This document shows positions 37,345-50,175 of a DNA stretch of 64,000 nucleotides, one piece after another. A program made the position numbers and the translations under genes. Below the pieces are notes generated by a model, which was not told where the DNA came from, did no database searches, and saw only the letters and a program-made list of their open reading frames with translations. The DNA is from Octopus bimaculoides (taxonomy: Eukaryota), in the NCBI RefSeq assembly GCF_001194135.2, contig NC_068986.1:17398719-17462718 (forward strand), given 5' to 3'. The stretch's first letter is position 1; every line of letters starts with the position of its first letter.

Positions 37345-37415
37345 ATAGCTTCATTTATTTACATTTGACGGATATTTATCCTCATCTTGTTTGTTGTTAA
37401 CACAACGTTTTGGCT
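37345..37415 (-). mobile_element. Penelope-like terminal fragment
   Basis: Minus strand atatcagcc(a)aaacgttgtgttaacaac: 3' half of a minimal PLE hammerhead with mutated GAAAC. Confidence 0.5.
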
Positions 37416-37469
37416 GATATACCTATTCTTCGCATAAAATTACAAGTTTCAAACTGTTAGACGCAAATT

Positions 37470-38133
37470 GTTATTATTGTTCAGTAGTTTTATTTTTATA
37501 ACGTGCTTTCACTTCACTACCGAGCGCAGCTCTGTGCGCCTTGGGTATGTGCTGTGGTTTGCTGTGGTGCTCTTATGTTTACTGTATTGAAAGTGTTTTG
37601 CGTAGAATGTGTGCAGTACCCAGTAGTGCAATTGTCTGTATGTTATCTATATTTGTAAGTCCTGGTGTTTTTGTTATGTATTTGTCTGAATATTTTTTAT
37701 TATACCTAAGGCAACTACTATGATAGGGATTGTTTCTGTTTTTAGATTCCACATTCGAGTTATCTCTATTTCCAGGTCTTTGTATTTTGAAACTTTTTCC
37801 ATTTCTTTTAGAGAAACGTTGTCATCTGCTGGTATTGATACATCAATTAAAAAGCATTTTTTTTTCTTCNNNNNNNNNNNNNNNNNNNNNNNNNNNNNNN
37901 NNNNNNNNNNNNNNNNNNNNNNNNNNNNNNNNNNNNNNNNNNNNNNNNNNNNNNNNNNTTTTTCTGTTGTTATTCTATAGTATTGGCATAGTTTCCAGTG
38001 TATATAGGTCCCAGCTCTGTCGTGTCTGTGAATATATTCCTTCTTAGCCAGGACTGGGCAGCCAGAGATAATATGATTTATTGTTTCTTGTCCATCTCCA
38101 CATATTCTACAGTTACTTGTTATGTTTCTTTTC

Positions 38134-38135
<2 letters not shown>
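37470..38135 (-). mobile_element. R4/Dong-like element, subfamily 2: CCHC finger + RLE + 3' UTR, 5'-truncated
   Basis: CRICGDGQETINHIISGC (CCHC), RHDRAGTYIHW, LIDVSIPADDN, ALLGTAHILRKTLSIQ*; 3' UTR ending ctactgaacaataataac. Confidence 0.93.

Positions 38136-38229
<94 letters not shown>
38136..38229. repeat. (TTA)n separating two stacked R4-like elements
   Basis: Direct reading. Confidence 0.95.
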
Positions 38230-38885
38230 TGCATGTGCACAACCTCTAACGTTGGGGATGTACTACGGTGTCAGCTGTTCACTACCAGTGAACTAAGGTA
38301 ACACCTCTTATTTTTCGAGCACCTTCGAACGGTTCCAAGCATTGCTATTTTCTGCAAGTGTTCCACCCTTACTGGAGTCCCTATTTGTTCCACGTACTTC
38401 TGGAGATTTTTGCTCATTCTTCCCAAAGCTCTGATGATTATTGGTACTACTGCTACCTTTTTCATCGACCGCAACTGCTCAACTTCTCAAGCTAACCAGA
38501 CATGTCTCTCTAATTTTCTTTCTTTATCGCATACCTTGTTCTCAGCTGGACATGGTATGTCTATGATCCAGCATAGTTTGTTTTCTTTCTCAATTCAGGC
38601 TATGTCCGGCTTCCCATTCTCCATCTCATGGTCGCACTGAATCATAAAATCCCATAGGACCTTTGCATTTCTCTTTTCGCTGATGCCTTCAGGTTTGGGG
38701 TCGTACAAAGTTTTTGCTCTGTCAAGTCCATACTTGTTGCAAAGTGTCCAATGAACAAACTTGACTATATTGTCGTGGCGTCTCTTGTATTCCTTCTGGG
38801 CTAATGACGTACATTGGCTAGTGGCGAACATATACCACACGGTTTCACCCTTTTGTCCACGTGACACTTGTTTACTAGTCATAAT
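38230..38885 (-). mobile_element. R4/Dong-like element, subfamily 1, 3' fragment
   Basis: ETVW...SQCTSLAQKEYKRRHDN, VLWDFMIQCDHE...KPDI...WIIDIPCP; 3' end matches 19866-20428. Confidence 0.92.
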
Positions 38886-39039
38886 TCCAGAACGTTGAGA
38901 AGAATGCAGTGCCGAGCAATGCCGATTTTTGTAGTTGTTTTACCTTCACACTTTCACCAAACGTCTTCGGCTATGCTAGAAGTTGAGTACTGACACTTCA
39001 AGGTACACTGATTACTATTTGTATCACGTCTCCTATTTA

Positions 39040-40010
39040 TACTGACCACGAGCTTCGTATTTTCCACTTGAAATCGTCATATTTTGTCTCTTTCTTACAC
39101 ATCGTTCCTATTGTTACCTGGGTATGCTATGTCGATTATCATACATGATCTTTGTTTTTTTATTCACCACAACAATGTCCAGTTTCCGACGTCTGGTCAA
39201 GTGATCGCACCGAATCATTGCATCCAACAGGATTTTGCAATTCTCATTTTGGGTGACTCCCTCTGAGATGTACTGATACCACGTTTTTGCTCTTTGTAGG
39301 CCGGAATTTCCACAGAGCACCCAATGGATCATTCTTGCCAGATTGTCATGGTGTCGCTTGAAGTCGTGTTGTGCCAATTTCGGGCATTCGCTAACGATAT
39401 GCCATACCGTTTCACTCCTCTCACCACATATTCTCCTATTGGTAGTGTTGTCTATTCTGTACTTCCTATAGTTGGTCCTTAACGCTTGTTCCTGAGTTAC
39501 GCATACGAGTACGACAATCTTTATCATCAAGTCACCCCTCCTCATCCATAGCCGTATCTGTCTTGCCATTCACATCTCTTGCAAATTGACCGTACATTTT
39601 CTTTTCCTTCCATGCTTTTTCTTCTTGTTCATTTCTTCTTTAAATTTTTCTTCGGTTACACAATTTCCAGTGTTGATGACACCGGCCTTCTTCGTGTGTT
39701 TTAACAGTGGCTCCAGGGCAATTTTTATATACCTCCCTAGGCTGTTTTCCTCTGCCTCGGTACAATCCTGGCAACTAATCAAACCTTTCTCAATCTTTCT
39801 TCTGGACAAGTACAGCCTATCGGTGTCACTCTTGGGTGGAAGGCTCCGTGTACTCTCAACATTTTTCTGGTCTTGGTATCCATTTCTTCATTATTCTGAC
39901 CACTCTGCGTGCCTTTGCCTTCCACCTGTTCGCTGCAAAACAAGTCTCAAGGCGTGTTAAATGCAAGGCATTCAAACAAGTTGGCCTTCCAACCTGCTTT
40001 ACGCTCTCCT
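39040..40010 (-). mobile_element. R4/Dong-like element, subfamily 3: RT C-terminus + CCHC + RLE, disrupted
   Basis: DTDRLYLSR..GLISCQDC, MYGQFARD, RICGERSETVWHIVSECPKLAQ..KRHHDN, LLDAMIRCDH..RRKLDIVVV. Confidence 0.9.
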
Positions 40011-40019
40011 TAGAAGAGT

Positions 40020-40405
40020 GCAAATTCTTGGCAGATCAGCTAGAGAGAAGACCCCCGTGTCTCAGACTTAGTCTTATCAGGTGATATATAATAGTTTTCT
40101 CAAAAAGCTGAACCACTTCCGCATGAACTGTCTGAGAAAGCTGTTGAAAATCACTTGACCTGACAAGCTCCCTAGACCCATATACAACGATGTTGATCAA
40201 CTCCGATGTGTTCTCTTTAGCCTTGGAAAATTTCATACACAACTAATATGCTGCCTATGTTATTTAATGCGTTCATTATTGTGTTGGTTGTTGTTAATTT
40301 TAAAGCCTGGATAATGTTAATAGTATTTGTTTTGTTATTCGGTTTTTGCTTGTCTCGATTTATGTCAAATGCAGGTCTTTCATCATTTTCGCTAACACAT
40401 AACAC
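40020..40405 (-). mobile_element. Possible further retroelement ORF fragment next to a (TAG)n tract
   Basis: Complex, partly open minus frames (ENDERPAFDINRDKQKPNNKTNTINIIQALK; RELVRSSDFQQLSQ); family not established. Confidence 0.3.
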
Positions 40406-40415
40406 TTTACTGCTG

Positions 40416-40508
<93 letters not shown>

Positions 40509-40592
40509 TAAATCATGATGATGATGATGCTGTTGCTGCTGTTGATACTGCTGATATTGCCGTTGTCTTCGTTGTTTTTGCTGCTGCTGCTG

Positions 40593-40656
<64 letters not shown>

Positions 40657-40927
40657 CGCTGCTGCTGCTGCTGCTACTACTACTTCTGTTACTGCTGCTG
40701 CTGCCGTTGCTGCTGTTGGTGTTGCTGATGCTGCAGTTGTCTCGGTTGCTGTTGCTGCTGCTGCAGCTGTTTTAGCAGCTATAACATCAAAGAATGTCGA
40801 TGGTGAGGGTCATGGAAATTATATTCACAATGACGCTGAGGACGACGGCTGAGATGATGGTGAAGACGGCGACAACGGCGACAAAGGCAAGACAGCTAAT
40901 GATGTTGGTAACGGTAGAAAGGGGATA

Positions 40928-40958
<31 letters not shown>

Positions 40959-41199
40959 TGATGATGATGAGGAGGAGGAGGGGGAGGAGGGGTGGAGGNN
41001 NNNNNNNNNNNNNNNNNNNNNNNNNNNNNNNNNNNNNNNNNNNNNNNNNNNNNNNNNNNNNNNNNNNNNNNNNNNNNGAGGATGACCCATGATGATGATG
41101 AGGAGGGGGAGGGGGAGGAGGACGACGTCGACGATGATGATGATGATGAGGAGGAGGAGGAGGATAACGACGACGACGATGATGATGATGATGAGGAGG

Positions 41200-41243
<44 letters not shown>

Positions 41244-41327
41244 AACGACGACGATGATGATGATGAGAAGGAGGAGGAGGATGACGATGATGATGATGAT
41301 GAAGAGGAGGAGGAGGAGGAGGATGGC

Positions 41328-41378
<51 letters not shown>

Positions 41379-42070
41379 AACGTCGACGACGACGATGATG
41401 ATGATGATGAGGATGATGATGATGTTGATGATGCTGATGATGATGATGTTGATGTTGATGACGTTGATGATGACGATGATGACGATGATGACAATGATGT
41501 CGATGATCAGATTGTCTATGTTAATGTCGATGTTTATGTTTCTGTTGGTGGTAACGATAGTAGCGGTGGTGGTGGTAGTGGTGGTGGTACGGTGATGACG
41601 ACGACCACCACCACGACCACCACGACCACCACGACGACCACCACCACGACCACCACGATGATCACACCGACGCCATTAAATATCGAACATAATCACAACG
41701 TTGGTATTTGTGGTGATGTAAATGTTAGGCAAGCTTCGTTTTATACATCTTTCCCTTTTGAAGCTAGATTGACAAAATGTTATGAGGACGAAGCTAATTA
41801 CGTGTCCAATTAAGCCATGTATATATTTTTTTCTGCTTTTGGTTCCCCACTTATAAGATCAGTGCTGGTTCGTGGCTGAAACTGCCAGAGTAGTGGCTCC
41901 AGGGAAGCTTACTACAGGTAAGGTGTCCGCTCGTGTTGCTCTTTTGATGTTGTCTTATAATGGCTTTCATACTTCTCGTAGAGATGTTGCTAATTATAAC
42001 ATGGACGGACGATGACGCTGACAATGACGACGGTGATGGCGATGACGATGACGATGACGATGATGACTGA
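40406..42070. repeat. Large compound trinucleotide region (CTA/CTG/GAT/GAC/GAG/ACC) with gap 40999-41077
   Basis: Direct reading. Confidence 0.9.
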
Positions 42071-42161
42071 GAAGAATAATAGAGCGGAAAGGTCTAATGA
42101 TACAAACATATATACATTCACGTATACCAATCTCTCTCTATCTATTTATATATGTACGTGT

Positions 42162-42164
<3 letters not shown>

Positions 42165-42207
<43 letters not shown>

Positions 42208-42726
42208 NNNNNNNNNNNNNNNNNNNNNNNNNNNNNNNNNNNNNNNNNNNNNNNNNNNNNNNNNNNNNNNNNNNNNNNNNNNNNNNNNNNNNNNNNNNNN
42301 NNNNNNNNNNNNNNNNNNNNNNNNNNNNNNNNNNNNNNNNNNNNNNNNNNNNNNNNNNNNNNNNNNNNNNNNNNNNNNNNNNNNNNNNNNNNNNNNNNNN
42401 NNNNNNNNNNNNNNNNNNNNNNNNNNNNNNNNNNNNNNNNNNNNNNNNNNNNNNNNNNNNNNNNNNNNNNNNNNNNNNNNNNNNNNNNNNNNNNNNNNNN
42501 NNNNNNNNNNNNNNNNNNNNNNNNNNNNNNNNNNNNNNNNNNNNNNNNNNNNNNNNNNNNNNNNNNNNNNNNNNNNNNNNNNNNNNNNNNNNNNNNNNNN
42601 NNNNNNNNNNNNNNNNNNNNNNNNNNNNNNNNNNNNNNNNNNNNNNNNNNNNNNNNNNNNNNNNNNNNNNNNNNNNNNNNNNNNNNNNNNNNNNNNNNNN
42701 NNNNNNNNNNNNNNNNNNNNNNNNNN
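42165..42726. repeat. (TA)n and gap 42208-42726
   Basis: Direct reading. Confidence 0.95.
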
Positions 42727-43234
42727 AGAAGAGGAACACGAAAAGAACGATTTTTATCAATCTTTAGTCGATAAAGTGTTTAATAAGCATGAGATTATTG
42801 GTTAAATTCGTTCGACCATATCAACTCTTTACTAAAAACGAGGCAATGATCCCTTGTGTGATGAAATCAAAAGCAGAAAAGAGAATAAAAACAAAATAAC
42901 AACAAACAAACAAAACAATATAAAAGAGAAATGATAGTGTAGTTACAAAATGGGAAATAGAAAGAAAAACGAAAAAAGGAAAATATAAAAAAAAAAACAA
43001 GATGAAGAAGAAAGCAAAAAAGAAATAACAAGAAACATCGTTTAATCGTTACTTATCGATGATCAAGAGAATGGTTTTGTAATGTAAAACAGTACGTACA
43101 TTTCCATCTATATAAATTGCAACATTAAGCAAACATTTACGATTTTTCATCGAGAATTCACAAATCCACTCAACCACATAACCGTAAATTCATACATATT
43201 TTGTCTCAGAGGAGGACTTTATCATAGCCCTGTA

Positions 43235-43387
43235 TAAAGAAAGAAAAGAAAAGAAAAGAAAAGAAAGAAGGAAAATAAACGAGACACAAACAAGGAACGA
43301 AACTTAAAAAAAAAACATAAAACAAATGCCGTTGAAAAAATATCAACACCGCCGATGCCAGCACCACCCGCTGCATCACCAGCGATG

Positions 43388-43435
<48 letters not shown>

Positions 43436-43825
43436 TTACTGCTACTGCTGCTGCTGCTGTCGCTGCTGCTTATTAAATTCACCACAACCGCCGTCACCTG
43501 CACCATCACCACCACTATCAGCAACATCATCAACATCATCATCGCTACAACCTCGACTAGCACCGCCATCACAGCCATCACCAACATCAGCAACACAACC
43601 ACCATCGCCATCCCCACCACCACCACCACCACCACCACCAGTATCAACACTACTACTACTACTACTACTACAATCACTTCTACCACCGCCACCAGAATTA
43701 CCACTGCCACCACCACCATTATCATCAGGACTACCGCAAGTAGCTCCGCCATCACATCTAACAACTTCTCCAACATCCGCACCAAAACCACCAATACCAC
43801 CATCACCGTTATCACTACCACCACC

Positions 43826-43859
<34 letters not shown>

Positions 43860-43960
43860 TCATTAACACAACTACCACCACGACTAGCTAACTACCTCAC
43901 AGTTACTAACATAACCATCACCACCACCACCACCACTACCGCCACCACCATCGACATAAA
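43235..43960. repeat. (AAAGA)n then compound (CTA/CTG/ACC/ATC) array
   Basis: Direct reading. Confidence 0.9.
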
Positions 43961-44129
43961 CAAACGACAACACCAAAAGTCAAACTTCGATGACAACAAT
44001 GAGAAGAAGGGAGCATCCTCTTGGCAGTTATTTTCTCTGCTAGAAATAACAGACAAAATGTCCTTGTGTCACATCCCTATAAAACAATTTATTGATTACT
44101 TACAAATTCACAAAACCAAAAATTTCGGA

Positions 44130-44285
44130 CAGGAAGAAACTATCAATTCCATTGACCTCGGTACTTGACCTCTGTTTGTTTTATCAACTTCAGAAGGACT
44201 TGAACTTACAGCGTTAAAAGCCGTAACTAAATACCGGAAAATCATTTATTCACAGTTCCAACAATTCTGGCAATCCACCATCTTA
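44130..44285 (-). mobile_element. SINE family A, highly degenerate
   Basis: attgacctcggtacttgac...ttttatcaac...cttgaact...attctggcaatccacc. Confidence 0.55.
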
Positions 44286-44384
44286 GCATCTTAACAGAAA
44301 AATAAATAAATAAAATAAAATAAATATATAAGAGATGCTGAGAAATATATTGAATAAAAGAGTTTCTGTACCATTTTACTATTT

Positions 44385-44790
44385 TCTTTTATCGTGTACT
44401 TGTTCCAGTCATTAGACTGCGACCGTGATAGGGCACCACCTTGAAGAATTTTTAGTCAAATGAATTGACCCCAGTACTTAAATATTTCAAAGATTGGTAC
44501 TTATGCTATCGTTCTCTTTTGACGAATCGATCAGTTACAGGAACGTAAACAGGCTAACACCGGTTGTCAAGCAGTGGTGGGCGGACAAACATGGATACAA
44601 AGAGAAACGTAGATATATATATATATATTCGGCGTGCTTCTTTATGGTTCCGTCTACCAAATCCATTCACAAAGCTTGGTCAGCCCGTGGCTATGGTAAA
44701 AGACAGCTGCCCAAGGTACCACGCAGTGGGACCGAACCCAAATCTATGAAGTTGAGAAAGAAACTTTTCAATACACAGCCACGACTGCGG
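44385..44790 (-). mobile_element. SINE family B, complete gapless copy
   Basis: Both halves joined by short (TA)n. Confidence 0.88.
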
Positions 44791-44831
44791 CAATATTTGG
44801 GAAAAAAAACAATCAAAAATAAAGAATTTAC

Positions 44832-45078
44832 AACAGGATGGTCATTGCTGGAATGTTGCTATAGAATAAAGTGCCTTCACGCTTTCTTTGGATCACATAT
44901 TTCTTCAGTGGATGGGATGTCGGTCCGTCACAGAATCACGTTATTTTCCAATTGGGTGGACTGGAAAAATATGAAATGCAGCGCCGTGCTCAAGAAAGAA
45001 AGTACATCACAAGGGCTAGGAATCGAAACCATTATCGTATGATCTTGATTCTGACACTCTAACCGCTAAGCCATGCAT
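44832..45078 (-). mobile_element. tRNA-derived SINE, family D-like head with different 3' tail
   Basis: Head catggcttagcggttagagtg...gtttcgattcc, tcttgagcac...ccagtccaccca, tail cattccagcaatgaccatcctgt. Confidence 0.7.
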
Positions 45079-45104
45079 CGCCATAGTGAAGTAGATAATC
45101 TTAG

Positions 45105-45490
45105 GATCAAAATTCGGCGCAAGGCCAGCAGTTTCAGGGGAATGAGTAAGTCAGATGCATCGACGCCAGCCCACAAGTGGCACTTATCGCATCAACCTCG
45201 GCAGAATTTGAGCCTAGAATGTACAGACGGACGAAATGCCGCAAAATATTTTGCCTGGCGTGCAAATGATTCTTTTCTAATCTAGACACAAGGCCCGACA
45301 TTTTGGGGAGATGGGGGGGGCAGTCGATTAGATCGACCCAGTACGCAGCTGGTACTTATTTCATCGACCTCCGAAAGGATGAAAGCCAAAGTGGGCCTCG
45401 GCAGAATTTGAACTCAGAACGTAAAAACAGACGAAATACCTCTAAGCATTTTGCCCGGCGTGTTAATGATTTTGCCGATTCGCTGCCTTA
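45105..45490 (-). mobile_element. SINE family A tandem pair (junction about 45273)
   Basis: Downstream monomer starts at agaatcatttgcacgcc, the same A-box position as the other dimers. Confidence 0.85.
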
Positions 45491-46044
45491 GAGCTGTGAA
45501 TTATATTAAAAGCTGTCGTACGAGTATTAAAACATACAGTTCATATCAGGGACGTAGTTAGATATTTTCATTGTGATGTTCACGTAAGATGTCAAATGAA
45601 AACAAAACAATTAAAACTACATAACATTTATAAATAAATAGCAAATAAAAAATAGGTATATAAAATATCTTAAATTCCCAATTTAATAGCTACAATAACT
45701 TTGGGAGCATTCATTCTTGAATATAAATGGAAGAATAGGTTACAGCACGTATTTCCATCAGCATCAACTAAAACAGTCATAAATGCTGAGGAAAGCATTG
45801 CCGATTGTGAATGTCCACTTACGTATAAATCGTCAGTTATAACATCTCAGAAGGGTCTTTAGAATCTCGTGCACGAAAGCAGCAATGCAAAAGGAAATTA
45901 ATAGGATAAAACAAACGCGAAATAATGCGGATATTGAAGAGATTTACTAGACTGCATTATACAATTATAGAGAAACAAATTCAGCCCTGACTTTACAAAG
46001 AGAGAGAAATTATAGTGAAACAAAAATAACAATAAAAAAAAAAA

Positions 46045-46101
46045 CACTCACACACACACGAATACACACATATTCATATGTGTAATATGTGTGTGTATGT
46101 A

Positions 46102-46146
<45 letters not shown>

Positions 46147-46830
46147 NNNNNNNNNNNNNNNNNNNNNNNNNNNNNNNNNNNNNNNNNNNNNNNNNNNNNN
46201 NNNNNNNNNNNNNNNNNNNNNNNNNNNNNNNNNNNNNNNNNNNNNNNNNNNNNNNNNNNNNNNNNNNNNNNNNNNNNNNNNNNNNNNNNNNNNNNNNNNN
46301 NNNNNNNNNNNNNNNNNNNNNNNNNNNNNNNNNNNNNNNNNNNNNNNNNNNNNNNNNNNNNNNNNNNNNNNNNNNNNNNNNNNNNNNNNNNNNNNNNNNN
46401 NNNNNNNNNNNNNNNNNNNNNNNNNNNNNNNNNNNNNNNNNNNNNNNNNNNNNNNNNNNNNNNNNNNNNNNNNNNNNNNNNNNNNNNNNNNNNNNNNNNN
46501 NNNNNNNNNNNNNNNNNNNNNNNNNNNNNNNNNNNNNNNNNNNNNNNNNNNNNNNNNNNNNNNNNNNNNNNNNNNNNNNNNNNNNNNNNNNNNNNNNNNN
46601 NNNNNNNNNNNNNNNNNNNNNNNNNNNNNNNNNNNNNNNNNNNNNNNNNNNNNNNNNNNNNNNNNNNNNNNNNNNNNNNNNNNNNNNNNNNNNNNNNNNN
46701 NNNNNNNNNNNNNNNNNNNNNNNNNNNNNNNNNNNNNNNNNNNNNNNNNNNNNNNNNNNNNNNNNNNNNNNNNNNNNNNNNNNNNNNNNNNNNNNNNNNN
46801 NNNNNNNNTATATATATATATATATATCTA
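46045..46830. repeat. (CA)/(TA)n with gap 46147-46808
   Basis: Direct reading. Confidence 0.95.
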
Positions 46831-46976
46831 ACGAAGTATGAGAGTTGCTAAGATAAAATATATTACACGAAATAAGGCAGAAGGAACAGCCATGTTAAAT
46901 ACATTAATTTGATATATTAGTTGAAAAAATAAGAAGCCACATTTAACACAAAGCATTCCAGTGATGGAATTAACAC

Positions 46977-47006
46977 CTGGCTCACACTTATAATATTGTG
47001 TACATT
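46977..47006 (-). CDS. Weak candidate microexon xCTQYYKCEP (CxxYYxC, chitin-binding type-2-like)
   Basis: Good acceptor ttattttcttatc...gtatttcag|AA; weak donor CAG|GTGTTA; phase 1-1; frame stays open to 46828. Confidence 0.2.
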
Positions 47007-47363
47007 CTGAAATACGTATGGCATCAGAGATAAGAAAATAACAAGCCAATTGTTAACAAATGAGAACCGGGCACAACGATAAACCTTTCATACTTGTCTT
47101 ACGTACAACTGCAATAAGAACTGCTACTAAATTTATCTCATCTAAGAATGTCTTACATGAGACGGCAATAAACGTGTTTTGCTCGTCCAATTAAATTATG
47201 CAGGGTCAATATGTAGCAATATAAGATTCTTAGTGGATTAACTGCGAGGATGAACGGAGACTGACGGTTTCTAACGAAGTTAGATATTGTCTTTATCATT
47301 GTATCACTGTGCATACAGTGTTGCTGAAAAGTATATATATCCCACATTTCTCTACCTATCTGT

Positions 47364-47607
47364 GAAGGCGCTTGGCGTAGTGGTTAGGCTGTTGTGCTGA
47401 CGATCGCTAGATCGCGGGGTCGAATCCCTGATAGGGCGACGCAAAACACTTCATTTCACGTTACTTCAGACTCCCTTTCGATAAGTGGGGAAAGTTGGCC
47501 TGCTCTCCTAACTAACAGGATGGCGTCTTTTGAAGGGTAAAACAACGCAAAACGCATTGTGACCAGCGATGTATAACAATATTTGCTAACCTGGCCGATC
47601 ACGTGAT
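47364..47607 (+). mobile_element. tRNA-derived SINE family D
   Basis: ggcgcttggcgtagtggttagg (A box), ggggtcgaatccc (B box), tail gcattgtgaccagcgatg...gatcacgtgat. Confidence 0.8.
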
Positions 47608-48297
47608 CTATATATCTATATATATATATAATGAAGGTGGGAAGCAGCAGTTTTAAAATCAAGGAGATGTGTGTGTGTGTGTGTGTGTATGCATTTATTT
47701 TGCATACTCTACATTAAATATACTGAAAGGTGCACATACCTGCTGGCGACTCTTGTGATGTACATGCGCGTGCACTCAAGTAGCAACACAGACATAATGA
47801 GCCAGGCACACTCATACATATAGACACACATACATACATACATATAAGCTAGTGCGTTCTTACACACACAGTCACACGTGGAGTCATGCATACACATGCA
47901 CACATACATGTATATGACTAGATCGTAGATTCAAAGAAAATATTGGGTGGTACTCGTTCTGGACTTGCAAGATGTGTTCAACTCGTCTTTTGTCGTTGTG
48001 GAACGTGATAAATAAATTACAGTTCGATTGTCCTCATTCTCTGTCTGTTTCTAAATACATATCTGCCATCCTTTACCTATTTCAGTCGGTAAATTGCAGC
48101 CAAGTTTGAGAATCAGCCTCAAGAATTTTTACCAAAATAAATCCACTCTAGTGTTTTGTTTACATCCCATAAATCCTGGTTCTTATTCTAACTGACACCT
48201 TTGACGAACCATTAAGACGAACTGTCAAGCAGCGATAGGGAGTGGCAAACAGAAACAAATATATACAAATATGTGGATGTGTACATATCCATAGATC

Positions 48298-48311
48298 CAC
48301 ACGCACACACA

Positions 48312-48394
<83 letters not shown>

Positions 48395-48395
48395 A
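48298..48395. repeat. (CA)n microsatellite
   Basis: Direct reading. Confidence 0.97.
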
Positions 48396-48669
48396 TATAT
48401 TATATGTACCAGTCGAGTTGTCTTAAGTGACGAGGCAACTGTAATTGCCGAAACTGACGCGTCAGTATTAAGAATTCTCAATCGGTAATTTTCGGAGAAT
48501 AAGGTTCCTGTTAGTAAATATGTTTCCATTCATGTACGTTAACTAAAGCAATAGAGTGGTTTAGCTCTTATTTCTAGCAATGTAGGAGTTTCCTAACTCC
48601 CTAGTCACACTAAATGACATTTGCATTTCTTTTTGGTGAAACATTGCATACTGCTGTTTATATTAATTT

Positions 48670-48670
<1 letters not shown>

Positions 48671-48722
<52 letters not shown>
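48671..48722. repeat. (TG)n microsatellite
   Basis: Direct reading. Confidence 0.97.
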
Positions 48723-48724
<2 letters not shown>

Positions 48725-49947
48725 CGTTCCTTGTGTTTGTGATTTTTATCTGATAAACTCGTATCTCTCTTATTATTAGATCTAAATTTGAGTTTAATTT
48801 TAACTAAACCCTGCAAAGAAAAGACAAAAATCTTTGATGCATAAGAAAACAAAAATCTAGATTAACACAACTGGGTCAGGAAATCGTGTTCATGTGTTCA
48901 AGCTAGCTTGTAACTCGTCGAATGAATGCCTTCATTAGGCGGAAATGAATAAAGAGGAACTCTGCTTAATATAGTGAATATATTAGTGGAAGTTCAATCA
49001 CGAGATATTAAAACTTCGTGAAACAGCGTAGATTTTCCAATTCACTCTTATTCATCAGTAGTAAATTCACCAGAATGCATCGACAAACATTGCGAAATCT
49101 ATATTTCAAGCTGTAAATATAGTTATTTTAAAAATACATTAAGAAAATGAAATGGCGAGTCGAATATCAATAACGGTCCATCAAATTTTCCTGTAGCATG
49201 ACTTGATCAATTGTAGTGTGATTTGTCTGGATAAATTCGTGTCTCCTGTTATTATTCGGTTCCGGCTGATGTGAATTACTGGATTGTTTATTGAAGTCGT
49301 TTTAATCGCGGTTTCGTGTCCTGGTGATAGTTGTATATAATTGGAAATATTTAAGCTTTGAACCTATTTTAGGTCACTTAAACTCGACACACTCACACAA
49401 ACACACACACATACGTTATTGACTATCTGGTTTTCGATCTGCTAATAATCATGGAGAATGGAACTTAGAATAACCTATATAATGGTCATACAGTGAAACT
49501 GTCTGAATGTCAAGGCGATGAAGCGTTAACTGACATGGGTTAGGGGAATGATATTGGTAAATGGTCCAATTTATTTGAATAACAGTGGCGGAAGCGTTAC
49601 TCTTAGATTGGAGGAGACAATAATTTATTATACAAAGTAATATTATAGGGTCTACTCAAAACACACACAGACACATGCAAGTACGCAGCGACATATATCG
49701 GTGCTTTTCAAAGATAAATATGTACTTGTTGACAATTTTATGAACACGACTATTGGACCGTCTTCTCTGTGTAGGCCGCCTCAAAAGGCAGAGCACCTCT
49801 CGCCCAAAATATAGATAGTGGTAATTTCACGCTTTATACTTATTGCCAAATCCCGTGGAAATAGTACCTCCCTTGTTGTGTGTGTAATGCGCGCGTCTGT
49901 GTATGTATATGTATATGTGTGTGTGTGTGGGGGGGGCGTATGCGGAT

Positions 49948-50175
49948 ATTACTCTTTTTATTTGTTTCAGTCATTTGACTGCGGCCATGCTGGGGTACCG
50001 CGTTTTCGTCGAGCAAATCGACCCCAGGACTTATTCTTTGTAAACCTACTACTTATTCTATCGGTCACTTTTTACCGAACCGCAAGCACACCAGCATCGG
50101 TTGTCAAGTGATATTGGTGGGGGACAAACACATACACACAAATACATATACGTATACATACATACATATATATAT
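49948..50175 (-). mobile_element. SINE family B 3' half running into (TA)n and gap 50176-50901
   Basis: ttgtttcagtcatttgactgcggccatgctgg...caccagcatcggttgtcaag. Confidence 0.9.
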
